A DNA stretch of 64,000 bases from Phycisphaeraceae bacterium. Lineage in GTDB: Bacteria; Planctomycetota; Phycisphaerae; Phycisphaerales; Phycisphaeraceae. Under the pieces are notes generated by a model. That model was not told the DNA's origin, did not search any database, and saw nothing but the letters and a program-made list of their open reading frames with translations. Below, piece by piece: positions 16,866-25,917 of this stretch. Positions within the stretch are counted from its first letter, which is position 1, and the number at the start of each line of letters is the position of its first letter. Position numbers and translations under genes: made by a program. Where the stretch lies: contig JADZCR010000007.1 in the NCBI GenBank assembly GCA_020851465.1, forward strand, positions 1,561 through 65,560, read 5' to 3'.

Positions 16866-19745
16866 ATGTCAGTTGAGCGGGTGTTTTTAGGTTGGGAGTT
16901 GCCTGCATTACGGCGAGCAGCAGAGTGGCTGCGTCAACGTTACATCCGTGATGGTGTGTGGAATCTGAGCGAAGTGGCGTTGGTGACGCCCGGCTCTCGC
17001 GCGGGCCGGCGATTACTTGAAGTTCTGGTGGACGCAGCTGACGGCCTGATGCTGCTCCCGCCGCGGATCATCACGCCCGGCGACTTGCCGGAGTTGCTCT
17101 ACCGCAGCCCTGATGCGGTCGTGATCCACGATCTGCGTCGCACGCTGGTGCGCGCGCACGTGTTGAGTCAGGCTGAGGATGGGTTGATCAAGAGCATTAT
17201 TCCCGATCCGCCGGAAGCGGAAAATGTGCGCGGGTGGTGGAATGTGGCGCGTGAGTTGGAGAGAGTTTACGACGCCGTCGCCGCCGGTGCGGTAGAGCTG
17301 GAACAGATCCCCGCGTTATGTCGAAATCAGTTGGACTTTCCGGATGAGCAGCGATGGGTGGCCCTGGACCAGCTTGACCGTGCGTATCAGAAAATGCTGG
17401 ATCGGCATGGATTGACGGATCGCAACCGTGCGCGGCTGGCAGCATTGAAAGCCGGCTCGTGCGCTGCCGAGCGCGACATCGTCCTCGTCTGTACCGCAGA
17501 CCTGGATCAGCTTCCCATTCGCATGCTTCGTCAGGCTGCCCAGACGAGTGAGCAGGGCAGCGGCAATATTTTCGCGCTGGTCCATGCTCCTGAATCCGAG
17601 GCGGCGACGTTTGACGAGCTGGGTTGCCTGCTGGTGGATTCCTGGAGTGCGCGACAGATTGACCCGGACCCTCGGATCATCCGCATCGTGGATCGTCCGC
17701 GCGATCAGGCGTATGAAACCCTGCGTCAGATGGAATCGTTCAATGGGCGCTTCGCCGCAGATCAGATCACGATCGGCATCGGTGATGACAAGATCTCGCC
17801 GATGATTGCGCGTGTGCTGGAGATTGCCGGTATTTCCACACGGTCAGCCATCGCACGGGAGGTTTCGCAGTCCGCACCGGTGATGCTCTTGACCGCGATG
17901 ACACGGTTTATCGAGAGCGAGCGTTTCGATGACTTTGCCTCGCTCCTGCGTCATCCGGACATCGAGGAATTTCTGCTGGAAAGATCACGGCCCAATGCCG
18001 CGACACCCGCTGCTGAAGATACAGCGCACGGTTCAGGTGACTGGCTTACGCTGCTGGATGATTACATCACCGATCACCTGCAAGGCCGGCTGTCCGATCA
18101 ATGGCTGGGCGAAAAATTCCGCGCAGCTCGACTCAAAAAAACGTGGGAGACGATCCGTGCGCTGGTGCCAGCGGACCATCACGTGGCGCGACCGCTACCG
18201 GAGTGGGCGACGGTCTTTTCCAAGTTGCTGGAGCGAGTTTACAGCCACCGTGAACTCAACCGCGAGATACCGGACGATCGGTTGCTGCTGCTGGCGTTGC
18301 AGAAAATCGCCGACGCCATCCGCGAGTTGGCTGAACTTGATGCAGCCGATCCCCTCACGCCGTCACTCTCGCTGGTGGAAGCTACAGCCATCCTCATTTC
18401 CTGTCTGACCGGTGCGACCATTCCGCCTTTGTCGAGCGGGCCGGCTGTCGAGTTGCTCGGCTGGCTTGAACTCCAGCTTGATGATGCGCCAGCGCTGATC
18501 GTCACCGGCGTCAATGAAGGCTATATCCCTGAAAGCGTGCGGGCCGATGCTTTTCTGCCCGATCGCACCCGCCGTTTTCTGGGGCTGGTGGACAACCGCC
18601 GCCGTCTGGCTCGTGATAAGTACGCGATGTATGCGATCCTGCGCAGCCGTCCGACAGTGCGATTTATCAGCGGACGACGAGGATCGGACGACAACCCCCT
18701 CACACCCAGCCGCCTGCTTCTGTCCTGTTCACCGGATGAATTACCCCGCCGCGTGCTGCGGTTTTACGACCCCAAATCCGCGGACACTGATCATGCTGTG
18801 TCGTCCACCGTACTTGAATCGGGAAAAACCAGTCGCTTCATCGTGCCTCCACCGCAGCCGCCGGCAACACCGATCAACCGGCTCTACGTCACCGCATTTC
18901 GGGACTATCTGCGGTGTCCGTATCGTTTCTACCTTCAGCACGTTCTCAAATTGAAAGCTCTCGATGATCGTGCGGTGGAGCTGGATGCGGCTTCTTTTGG
19001 CAACCTGGCGCATGAAGTACTTCAGATGTTTGGAGACAGCGATTTAGCTGTGTCGTCCGACGCCGACGCCATCGGGAATGATCTGCTCGCCCGGCTGGGT
19101 GAATTGGTGCGCCACCACTATGGCGATGAGCTTGGCGCCGCGGTGATGATCCAGACGCAGCAGCTCAGCGAGCGTTTGCGTGCCTTTGCCCGGTGGCATG
19201 CCGCCCAGACCGCGCAAGGCTGGCGCATCGTCGCGCGGGAGCAGAAAGTAACCGCCACGATCGACGTGGACGGTCAGCCGTTCGAGATCACCGGAAAAAT
19301 CGACCGCATCGACAGAGACGAAGCGGGCCGCGTGCGTATCGCGGACTACAAAACCGGTGACAAAGCAGCGAAACCAGAAGCCATTCACCGGAAAAGCGGT
19401 GAATGGGTCGATCTTCAACTGCCCCTCTATCGCGTGTTGGTTGCCAGTCTGAATCTGCCGGGAGTCCGCGGCGAGCCGGTGATGGGTTACATCCAACTGC
19501 CCAGAGAATTGTCGAGTGTCGGCTTTACCGAGGCAACGTGGTCGCAGGCGGAGCTTGATGCCGCCCTCGAAACTGCGGCAAAGGTGGTCCGTGGGCTGCG
19601 TGAGGGAGTATTTTGGCCGCCGACATATCCAGTTGACTACATGGAAGATTTCGCGGGTATCTGTCTGGACGACTGGGAGGAGCGTGAGACAGCACTGTCT
19701 GAAGGTAATCGTCTGGCTGGTCTGCCAAAGAGGAGCGGGCGATGA
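16866..19745 (+). CDS. AddB-like PD-(D/E)XK nuclease subunit (degenerate helicase domain)
   Basis: 959 aa. C-terminal RecB-type nuclease motif GKIDRIDRDEAGRVRIADYKTG plus LPLY. No GxxxxGK(T/S) Walker A; VTPGSRAGRRL sits at the equivalent place. 4-nt ATGA overlap with the downstream helicase gene. Confidence 0.7.
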   Translation: MSVERVFLGWELPALRRAAEWLRQRYIRDGVWNLSEVALVTPGSRAGRRLLEVLVDAADGLMLLPPRIITPGDLPELLYRSPDAVVIHDLRRTLVRAHVLSQAEDGLIKSIIPDPPEAENVRGWWNVARELERVYDAVAAGAVELEQIPALCRNQLDFPDEQRWVALDQLDRAYQKMLDRHGLTDRNRARLAALKAGSCAAERDIVLVCTADLDQLPIRMLRQAAQTSEQGSGNIFALVHAPESEAATFDELGCLLVDSWSARQIDPDPRIIRIVDRPRDQAYETLRQMESFNGRFAADQITIGIGDDKISPMIARVLEIAGISTRSAIAREVSQSAPVMLLTAMTRFIESERFDDFASLLRHPDIEEFLLERSRPNAATPAAEDTAHGSGDWLTLLDDYITDHLQGRLSDQWLGEKFRAARLKKTWETIRALVPADHHVARPLPEWATVFSKLLERVYSHRELNREIPDDRLLLLALQKIADAIRELAELDAADPLTPSLSLVEATAILISCLTGATIPPLSSGPAVELLGWLELQLDDAPALIVTGVNEGYIPESVRADAFLPDRTRRFLGLVDNRRRLARDKYAMYAILRSRPTVRFISGRRGSDDNPLTPSRLLLSCSPDELPRRVLRFYDPKSADTDHAVSSTVLESGKTSRFIVPPPQPPATPINRLYVTAFRDYLRCPYRFYLQHVLKLKALDDRAVELDAASFGNLAHEVLQMFGDSDLAVSSDADAIGNDLLARLGELVRHHYGDELGAAVMIQTQQLSERLRAFARWHAAQTAQGWRIVAREQKVTATIDVDGQPFEITGKIDRIDRDEAGRVRIADYKTGDKAAKPEAIHRKSGEWVDLQLPLYRVLVASLNLPGVRGEPVMGYIQLPRELSSVGFTEATWSQAELDAALETAAKVVRGLREGVFWPPTYPVDYMEDFAGICLDDWEERETALSEGNRLAGLPKRSGR

Positions 19746-22700
19746 CCGTATCGGCCACGCATCTATTGATTAGTGCGTCGGCGGGGACCGGCAAGACTCA
19801 CGCCCTGACGGCTCGCTATCTCAAACTGTTGCGCCACGGCGCACTGCCGGAGACCATCCTGGCCACGACGTTTACCCGTAAGGCTGCCGGTGAAATCCTC
19901 GCCCGTGTGCTGTTGCGGCTGGCGAAAGCAGCTAGCTCGGATCACGAAGCCGCCAAGCTGGCCGAAGACATCAAGGATTTCACGCTCACACAGCAGGATT
20001 GCCGGAAACTCCTCGTCCAGCTCTGCGACTCGCTTCATAGCGTGACCATTTCAACCATCGATGGTTTCTTCAATCGCGTGGCGTCGAGCTTTCGGTTCGA
20101 GTTGGGTATTCCGCCATCGCCGCGCATCGTCGATGAGCGCGATTCCCTGATTAACCAGATTCGCCTGCGCGCCATCGAAGCACTGCTTGCTGACGACCAG
20201 CCGCAGGTACTCATCGATCTGCTCCGAAGGCTGCACCACGACAGTAATAAGCGGTCGGTGACCGATTCGATCGAGACCATCGTAAGCGAGCTATACGAGA
20301 TCTACCGCGAAGCACCAGAGGAAGACAAGTGGAACAGACTCAGCGTCCCGCCCGTGCCGACGGAGGAACAGATACGCGACATTAGTAACGGACTGCTCGC
20401 CGTGTGCGTTGAAGGTGCTGTCCCAACCAAAAATCTCGCCAAGGCACTGCGCACCTGTCGTGAATTGTTTGAGCAACGTCAATGGGATGTACTGGCGGGA
20501 AACACCCTCATCTGCGCCGTGCGCTCCGGTAAATGTACGTATGGCGGGACGACAATCGATCTCCGTGTGGTCGCTGTACTGGAGCCTTTGGTCCGCTGCG
20601 TAGACGCGATCGCGATTCAGCGCGTCGCGCAGCGCGGTGAGGCGTCCTATGACCTGGTCCGCCGGTTCGACAGCCACTTCACCCGTCTCCGTCATGAACA
20701 GAACGTGCTGCTTTTTTCCGACCTGACACATAAGCTCGCCCGCGAACTGCAAACACTGGGTGAACAAATCTGGTTTGACGTTTACTACCGTCTCGATTCG
20801 CGCGTCAAGCATCTGTTGCTCGACGAATTTCAGGACACGAGTATTGCCCAGTGGACGGTGCTGCAACCCGTGGCCTCGGAGATCACTGCCAGCGATGATG
20901 GCACGATGTCGCACAGCTTTTTCTGCGTCGGCGATGTCAAACAGGCGATCTACAACTGGCGCGGCGGTTGTGCCGAGATTTTCAACCAACTCCCCAAACA
21001 GTTGAACCTGATAAATATGTCGATCGAAACGCTCGACAAGAGCCACCGATCCTCATCAATCGTGCTCGACGCGGTAAACGCAGTGTTCAGCGACCTGACG
21101 GAAAATCCTGTGCTGAATACTCACGCTCCGATCGTGCAGCGGTGGGCGCAGAAGTTCCCCAGACACGAAGCAGTTAAGTCCCTGCCCGGTTGTGTGGAAC
21201 TGCTCACATCGACTCTGACGCAAGGGGAAGTCACGGTTAATGAAGATAGTGATGGTGACGATTCCGCGGTCACGGAGCAGGCATCAACACATGAGGTGTT
21301 TGTCGCGGAAAAAATCACCGCTTTGCATCGTGCTGTGCCCGGAGCTTCCATTGGAGTGCTTGTCTCAACGCATCTCGCAGCGAGTCGTCTCCTGCCGCAG
21401 CTTCGTAATCTGGGAGTGGACGCCAGCGGCGAGGGCGGTGTTGCCATCACCGGCGATCCGGCGGTGCTGGCGATCCTTGCAGCTCTAACCCTGGCGGATC
21501 ATCCCGGCGACAGCATCGCGGCTTTTCACGTGCTTCATTCGCCGCTGAACGAGATTGTCGGTCTTGGAAGTCAACGCTCCGCGGATTGCCACGCCGTCGC
21601 GATGCACATCCGACATGAGATCTTGAATCGCGGTTATGCCGACCTCATCGCCGACTGGGTGCAGCGATTGGCGCCCTCATGCGGGCCGTCGAGCACAAGG
21701 CGGCTGCTGCAACTGATCGAAATAGCCGACAGCTACGATGCGACGATCACGCTGCGCACCCGCGATTTTGTGGAGTATGTCCACGCGAAGCGCGTCGAAG
21801 AGACATCGCTTTCGCCGGTACGGGTGATGACGGTGCATGCGGCAAAGGGGCTGGAGTTTGATGCGGTGGTGATGCCGGAGCTTGATCGTCTGATTGTGAA
21901 AATGACCGACCTGCCTGCTTATGTGGAACGTGATGCGCCGACCTTGCCGATCAGTGCTGTCTTCGCCCCGGCGAATAAGGATGTGCGGTCGCTTTCCAGC
22001 GATCTTGAAAAAGCCTACAACCAGATGCTTGAAAGCCGTCTGCGCGACGACCTGTCCGTGCTCTATGTTGCGATGACTCGGGCACGTCACGCGCTGTACA
22101 TGATTGCCAAACCATTGTCGATGAAGAAAGATGGTAATGCCTGCGCGCGCGGATGGAGCAATCTCAGCTACGCGGCGATTCTCCGGCGGGCACTGGGGCC
22201 AGAGCAGCCGACCTATGAAGGCGGGGAGACTTTGTATTCCAAGGGCGGTAATGAGTGGATGAAGCTGTTTGCCAGTGTTGCACCCGCTCCGCCTGTTATG
22301 GAGTTGCTGCGACCGAAGCTCGCGCAGTCACCGTCGGTGGCACAACGGGCATTGGCGGTGGTAGCGCCGTCATCTCGTGAAGCTGGAGGGACGGTTCGGA
22401 CCGCCGACCTGTTCGCTTTAGAAACCAGCAGCGCGAGGGTCCGAGGCAGCATTTTTCACGCATGGTTTGAGCAGGTTGAATGGATGGATTCTGCGCTGCC
22501 GGACGATTCTGCTTTGCTGCAAATTGCCGCTGATGTGGTGAATGATCTGGGCCGTGCGGGCGGAATGAGCGGTGAAGCCCGGCTTCGTCCGCTGTTGGCG
22601 GAGTTTCACCGGATGCTGGAGATTCCTTCGGTTCGCGCAGCTCTAGGACGCGCTGAAAAAGGCGCGGAGCTTTGGCGCGAGCGGCCATTTATCGTGCGGA

Positions 22701-22957
22701 TCAACGGAGAGATCATGCGCGGGCAGTTCGACCGCGTGGTGGTTCATCGCCATACCGGCCGACAGGTGACAGCCACGCTGACCGACTTTAAGAGCGATAC
22801 GGTGACTGTTGACAACCTGTCGCAGCGCGTGGAGGCCTATCGCCCGCAGATCGACAGCTATCGAGCCGCACTGGCAGCCATGCTCAAAATCCCGATTGCG
22901 AACGTCACCGCTAAGCTCCTTTTCATCAACAGGGGTGAGGTTGTCGATATCCATTGA
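19742..22957 (+). CDS. AddA/RecB-like UvrD-family helicase-nuclease
   Basis: Walker A SASAGTGKTHALT, DExx LLLDEFQDTS, SF1 motifs (VGDVKQAIYNWRG, VMTVHAAKGLEFD, LLYVAMTRAR). C-terminal nuclease GQFDRVVVH...LTDFKSD...QIDSY. Confidence 0.85.
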   Translation: MTVSATHLLISASAGTGKTHALTARYLKLLRHGALPETILATTFTRKAAGEILARVLLRLAKAASSDHEAAKLAEDIKDFTLTQQDCRKLLVQLCDSLHSVTISTIDGFFNRVASSFRFELGIPPSPRIVDERDSLINQIRLRAIEALLADDQPQVLIDLLRRLHHDSNKRSVTDSIETIVSELYEIYREAPEEDKWNRLSVPPVPTEEQIRDISNGLLAVCVEGAVPTKNLAKALRTCRELFEQRQWDVLAGNTLICAVRSGKCTYGGTTIDLRVVAVLEPLVRCVDAIAIQRVAQRGEASYDLVRRFDSHFTRLRHEQNVLLFSDLTHKLARELQTLGEQIWFDVYYRLDSRVKHLLLDEFQDTSIAQWTVLQPVASEITASDDGTMSHSFFCVGDVKQAIYNWRGGCAEIFNQLPKQLNLINMSIETLDKSHRSSSIVLDAVNAVFSDLTENPVLNTHAPIVQRWAQKFPRHEAVKSLPGCVELLTSTLTQGEVTVNEDSDGDDSAVTEQASTHEVFVAEKITALHRAVPGASIGVLVSTHLAASRLLPQLRNLGVDASGEGGVAITGDPAVLAILAALTLADHPGDSIAAFHVLHSPLNEIVGLGSQRSADCHAVAMHIRHEILNRGYADLIADWVQRLAPSCGPSSTRRLLQLIEIADSYDATITLRTRDFVEYVHAKRVEETSLSPVRVMTVHAAKGLEFDAVVMPELDRLIVKMTDLPAYVERDAPTLPISAVFAPANKDVRSLSSDLEKAYNQMLESRLRDDLSVLYVAMTRARHALYMIAKPLSMKKDGNACARGWSNLSYAAILRRALGPEQPTYEGGETLYSKGGNEWMKLFASVAPAPPVMELLRPKLAQSPSVAQRALAVVAPSSREAGGTVRTADLFALETSSARVRGSIFHAWFEQVEWMDSALPDDSALLQIAADVVNDLGRAGGMSGEARLRPLLAEFHRMLEIPSVRAALGRAEKGAELWRERPFIVRINGEIMRGQFDRVVVHRHTGRQVTATLTDFKSDTVTVDNLSQRVEAYRPQIDSYRAALAAMLKIPIANVTAKLLFINRGEVVDIH

Positions 22958-22972
22958 CCGTATCATGTTTGC

Positions 22973-23791
22973 GTGATGGCGGGCCTATCCATGATTCATC
23001 GCTGGTCGATCGGCGTGGCGGCGACAGTGATCGCGCTGAGCTGCACAGGATGTAATTCCTGGAAGCGTGTCGATACCACGGTGGGGCTGCTGACGGTACC
23101 CAACGTGGACACGGACAAGGTGGATGGGCGGCAGGTCATCCGCATGAGAGGGCGTCTTTCCAGCGTGACGATCGATCCGGTGGGTGCCCGCGTCATTGAT
23201 TTTCATGTTGGTCGTCGTCCGAAATGGATTTCAGAAAAGGTGGATCCCCGCAGCCTGGCGGACCCGACCTATCGCCTGGTCGAGCGGCCGCAAAAAGCAA
23301 ATGTCCTCAGTTCGCCCGGATGGATGACGACCGTGGAGGGCTGTCCCGCACTGGACGCTTCGACCTATTGGCAGGTCGAAGCATGGGGCGATCATCTGGT
23401 TTTATTAAGCGATAAGCATTGCGGCCTGCGCTGGCGCAAGACATTTGATCTGCATCGAGAGTCGGCGACGCTCGATATCACCGTAGAGCTGGAAAACGTG
23501 CAGGGAAAACCGCTGCCTCACGGTGCTGTCACCTCGCAGCTGGCGACAGCGGGAGAGTTGACGGGTGACAGCGCGGTGCAGCGTGGAATTGTCGAAGGTC
23601 AGCAGTTTGAGCGTCAGTGGCTCGATGGACCATCAACAGCAGAGATGTTCGCCATGCCCGCGGGGACGCTCAGAGGCTATGGCCGATTAAAGTGGCGCGA
23701 ACGCTGGATGATCAAAAGCGGAACACCGGCTACTCAGCCGGGAGAATCGGCGGATGCGTCCCTGTCCTCGCAACCCACGGAAGGACGATAA
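22973..23791 (+). CDS. hypothetical lipoprotein
   Basis: GTG 22973 / ATG 22976. Signal peptide with a Cys (VIALSCTGC). No family recognised by eye. Coding-like composition. Confidence 0.6.
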   Translation: MMAGLSMIHRWSIGVAATVIALSCTGCNSWKRVDTTVGLLTVPNVDTDKVDGRQVIRMRGRLSSVTIDPVGARVIDFHVGRRPKWISEKVDPRSLADPTYRLVERPQKANVLSSPGWMTTVEGCPALDASTYWQVEAWGDHLVLLSDKHCGLRWRKTFDLHRESATLDITVELENVQGKPLPHGAVTSQLATAGELTGDSAVQRGIVEGQQFERQWLDGPSTAEMFAMPAGTLRGYGRLKWRERWMIKSGTPATQPGESADASLSSQPTEGR

Positions 23792-23798
23792 AGCCACT

Positions 23799-24785
23799 GT
23801 GAAAACCGTCGCATGGTTAGTCTGCCTGGGAGCGGGAATTTTCGCACTCTTTGCCTGCGGCGAGGACGTGCCGCGCGGTTCGGGGCCGGGTAATACCGCG
23901 GCTGCATCCGCACCGGCGAGTGAGCCGGCCAAACCGCTTGTGGTTGTCTCGATTTATCCCGTGGCGAGCATCGTGGATCAGCTCGCGGGGGACTGGTTGG
24001 AGATTTACACGCTGATTCCACCTGATGGCTTGTCAACCAGCCGCAAGCTAAGCGATTACTCTCGCAAAAAGCTTTCTCAGGCTCAGGTGTTGTTTACCGT
24101 TTCTCCCGAATACGACGGATGGATTGAGGCAGAGGCGAAGGAGGTTTCTCGCAAGGATCTCAAACTCCTGCGCTTCTCTGATATCGTCGGCCTCACCGGG
24201 GCTGGTGCTCGGACAAAGCCCGCCACGGAGCCAGACACTCGCGACGCGCAGGCACTCTGGCTCGATCCAGCCCTGGTGGATTACTTCATCCAGCAACTCG
24301 GCGATCGACTTTCCCCGCTGGTGATGGAGCATGCGACATCGCTGCGCACACGGGCGAAACTGATGCGTACCCGCCTCATCGCCATCGACGTGGAGTTTGC
24401 GGCCAAGTTTCGTGAGTCGGAGCAACGCAAACTGGTGGTTTACGATCCGTCGTTCGACGGCTTGATGCGGAAATATGGTTTGGAGGTCGTCGGCCATGTG
24501 AAAAGCTCGATCGCCGATGACACGCCTGCACTCGATGCACAAGAGCTGGCGCACGTGATCGAGGAGCATCACCTGCCCGTGGTGTACGGCTACGCTAGAC
24601 GGAATGATCCGACGCTTGATGCGGTGATTCGCCACACCGGGGTGAAACTTATCGCGCTCGATCCGATGGGTGGGGAGGGGATCAGCGGTTACGACAACTA
24701 CCTTGACATGCTCAAATCAAATCTGGAAAAACTTGAGTACGGCCAGGCGCGGCCGACAAAAAAACAGAGTGACGACGATTTCTGA
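23799..24785 (+). CDS. metal (Zn/Mn-type) ABC transporter substrate-binding protein, ZnuA/TroA-like
   Basis: The ORF opens at 23754, overlapping the upstream gene. In-frame GTG 23799 follows GGAAGGA and gives VKTVAWLVCLGAGIFALFAC, a lipoprotein-type signal. Cluster-9 SBP layout (VVVSIYPVASIVDQLAGD ... HHLPVVYG ... KLIALDPMG). Confidence 0.65.
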   Translation: MKTVAWLVCLGAGIFALFACGEDVPRGSGPGNTAAASAPASEPAKPLVVVSIYPVASIVDQLAGDWLEIYTLIPPDGLSTSRKLSDYSRKKLSQAQVLFTVSPEYDGWIEAEAKEVSRKDLKLLRFSDIVGLTGAGARTKPATEPDTRDAQALWLDPALVDYFIQQLGDRLSPLVMEHATSLRTRAKLMRTRLIAIDVEFAAKFRESEQRKLVVYDPSFDGLMRKYGLEVVGHVKSSIADDTPALDAQELAHVIEEHHLPVVYGYARRNDPTLDAVIRHTGVKLIALDPMGGEGISGYDNYLDMLKSNLEKLEYGQARPTKKQSDDDF

Positions 24786-24794
24786 GTCCGGGAG

Positions 24795-25739
24795 TCAGTG
24801 TTCATTTGCTGACTCGTGACTGGAGTCATGCACCGGCGACGTGTTGCGGTCGTGTTCATGATGGGGGTGAAGTTCGAATCGGCTGACACCCCACGCCAGC
24901 GCCAGCCCCAGCAAAAAGACGATGGACAACGGCACGCGGTCGTGAGCGTGAAATTGCAGTTCCGGCAAAAGGTCGCTGGTTGAGATGCAGAGAAACGTGC
25001 CGGCGGAAAACGCCAGAGCACAGCCGACGACGACACCGCTGTGGTCGGGGCCTACGCCGATGTAGAAGATCAGCACTCCCAGAGGGATCGCCAGCGCGAA
25101 GAGGCCGTTGACGATATGGCAGGCTTTGGTGGACCAGCCGCCCGAGGACATGAGCGTGACGAGAGTCATCGAATCAAAAGGCCGGTGCAGGAGGATTACG
25201 AGGAAGACGGTCAACCCCGCCGCGACGGAAGCGGCGTCGCTGTGAGGGCGAGTGGTAGCCGCAACAGCGGCCGCCAACGCGATACCGTCGAGAATGCTGT
25301 GGAGCGTCAGGCCGATCGCGGCTCCACTCCACGAGAGCGCGTGGGTGCTCAGAGCGTCCTCATGGTGGACGTGTCCGGTGCAGGCGTGATCGTGGTCATG
25401 ATGATGCGCGTGGCTGTGGTCGCGGGTAGGGGTGTCGAACTTGTCGGCCTCTGATTCAGGCACGTCGTGGCGGTGATATTGAAAAAACCGCTCGATAAAA
25501 AACATCGCCAGGAATCCCGCCAGCAGCCAGAGCACGACACGGTCTATGTCTCCGACCGCTTCGGCGGCGTGCGGCAGCATGTGCAGCAAACCAACTCCCA
25601 GCATGAAGCCGGCGATACCGCTGATCGCCAGTTCCATCCGTTTATGGGTCAACCGGACAAAGTGGGGAATCCATCCGCCCAGAAGCGATGCGACGACAAT
25701 CAGCAGGCAGTAAACGACGAGGCGCGTGGTGGGGGGCAT
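24795..25739 (-). CDS. ZIP-family divalent metal transporter
   Basis: Multi-TM protein with central His-rich loop HSHAHHHDHDHACTGHVHHED. ZIP-like HSILDGIALA and HRPFDSM motifs. GGAAGG lies before the ATG. Confidence 0.8.
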   Translation of the reverse strand: MPPTTRLVVYCLLIVVASLLGGWIPHFVRLTHKRMELAISGIAGFMLGVGLLHMLPHAAEAVGDIDRVVLWLLAGFLAMFFIERFFQYHRHDVPESEADKFDTPTRDHSHAHHHDHDHACTGHVHHEDALSTHALSWSGAAIGLTLHSILDGIALAAAVAATTRPHSDAASVAAGLTVFLVILLHRPFDSMTLVTLMSSGGWSTKACHIVNGLFALAIPLGVLIFYIGVGPDHSGVVVGCALAFSAGTFLCISTSDLLPELQFHAHDRVPLSIVFLLGLALAWGVSRFELHPHHEHDRNTSPVHDSSHESANEH

Positions 25740-25917
25740 GACGGCCTTCCGCGTTGCGGATTACAGATGCGCCTGATTGCGAACGAACCGTCAATTATGG
25801 TGCCCTGTGCCGCTTGTGCAAGAGTGCCTTGAACGTGCAAAGCTCCCGGCGGGCAGTTATCACGAATCGATCAGGCTCGATTCACCGCGGAGATCCTTTT
25901 TACGGGCTTCCACGGGT

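Noticed and set aside
20291-21046. 251-aa minus-strand ORF (similar cases at 5316-6038, 15410-16120, 24048-24635, 31954-32565 and 46199-46858)
   Set aside because: All are antisense to confidently identified genes (addA-like, ugd, gltX, znuA-like, scpA, atpG) and have shadow-frame composition.
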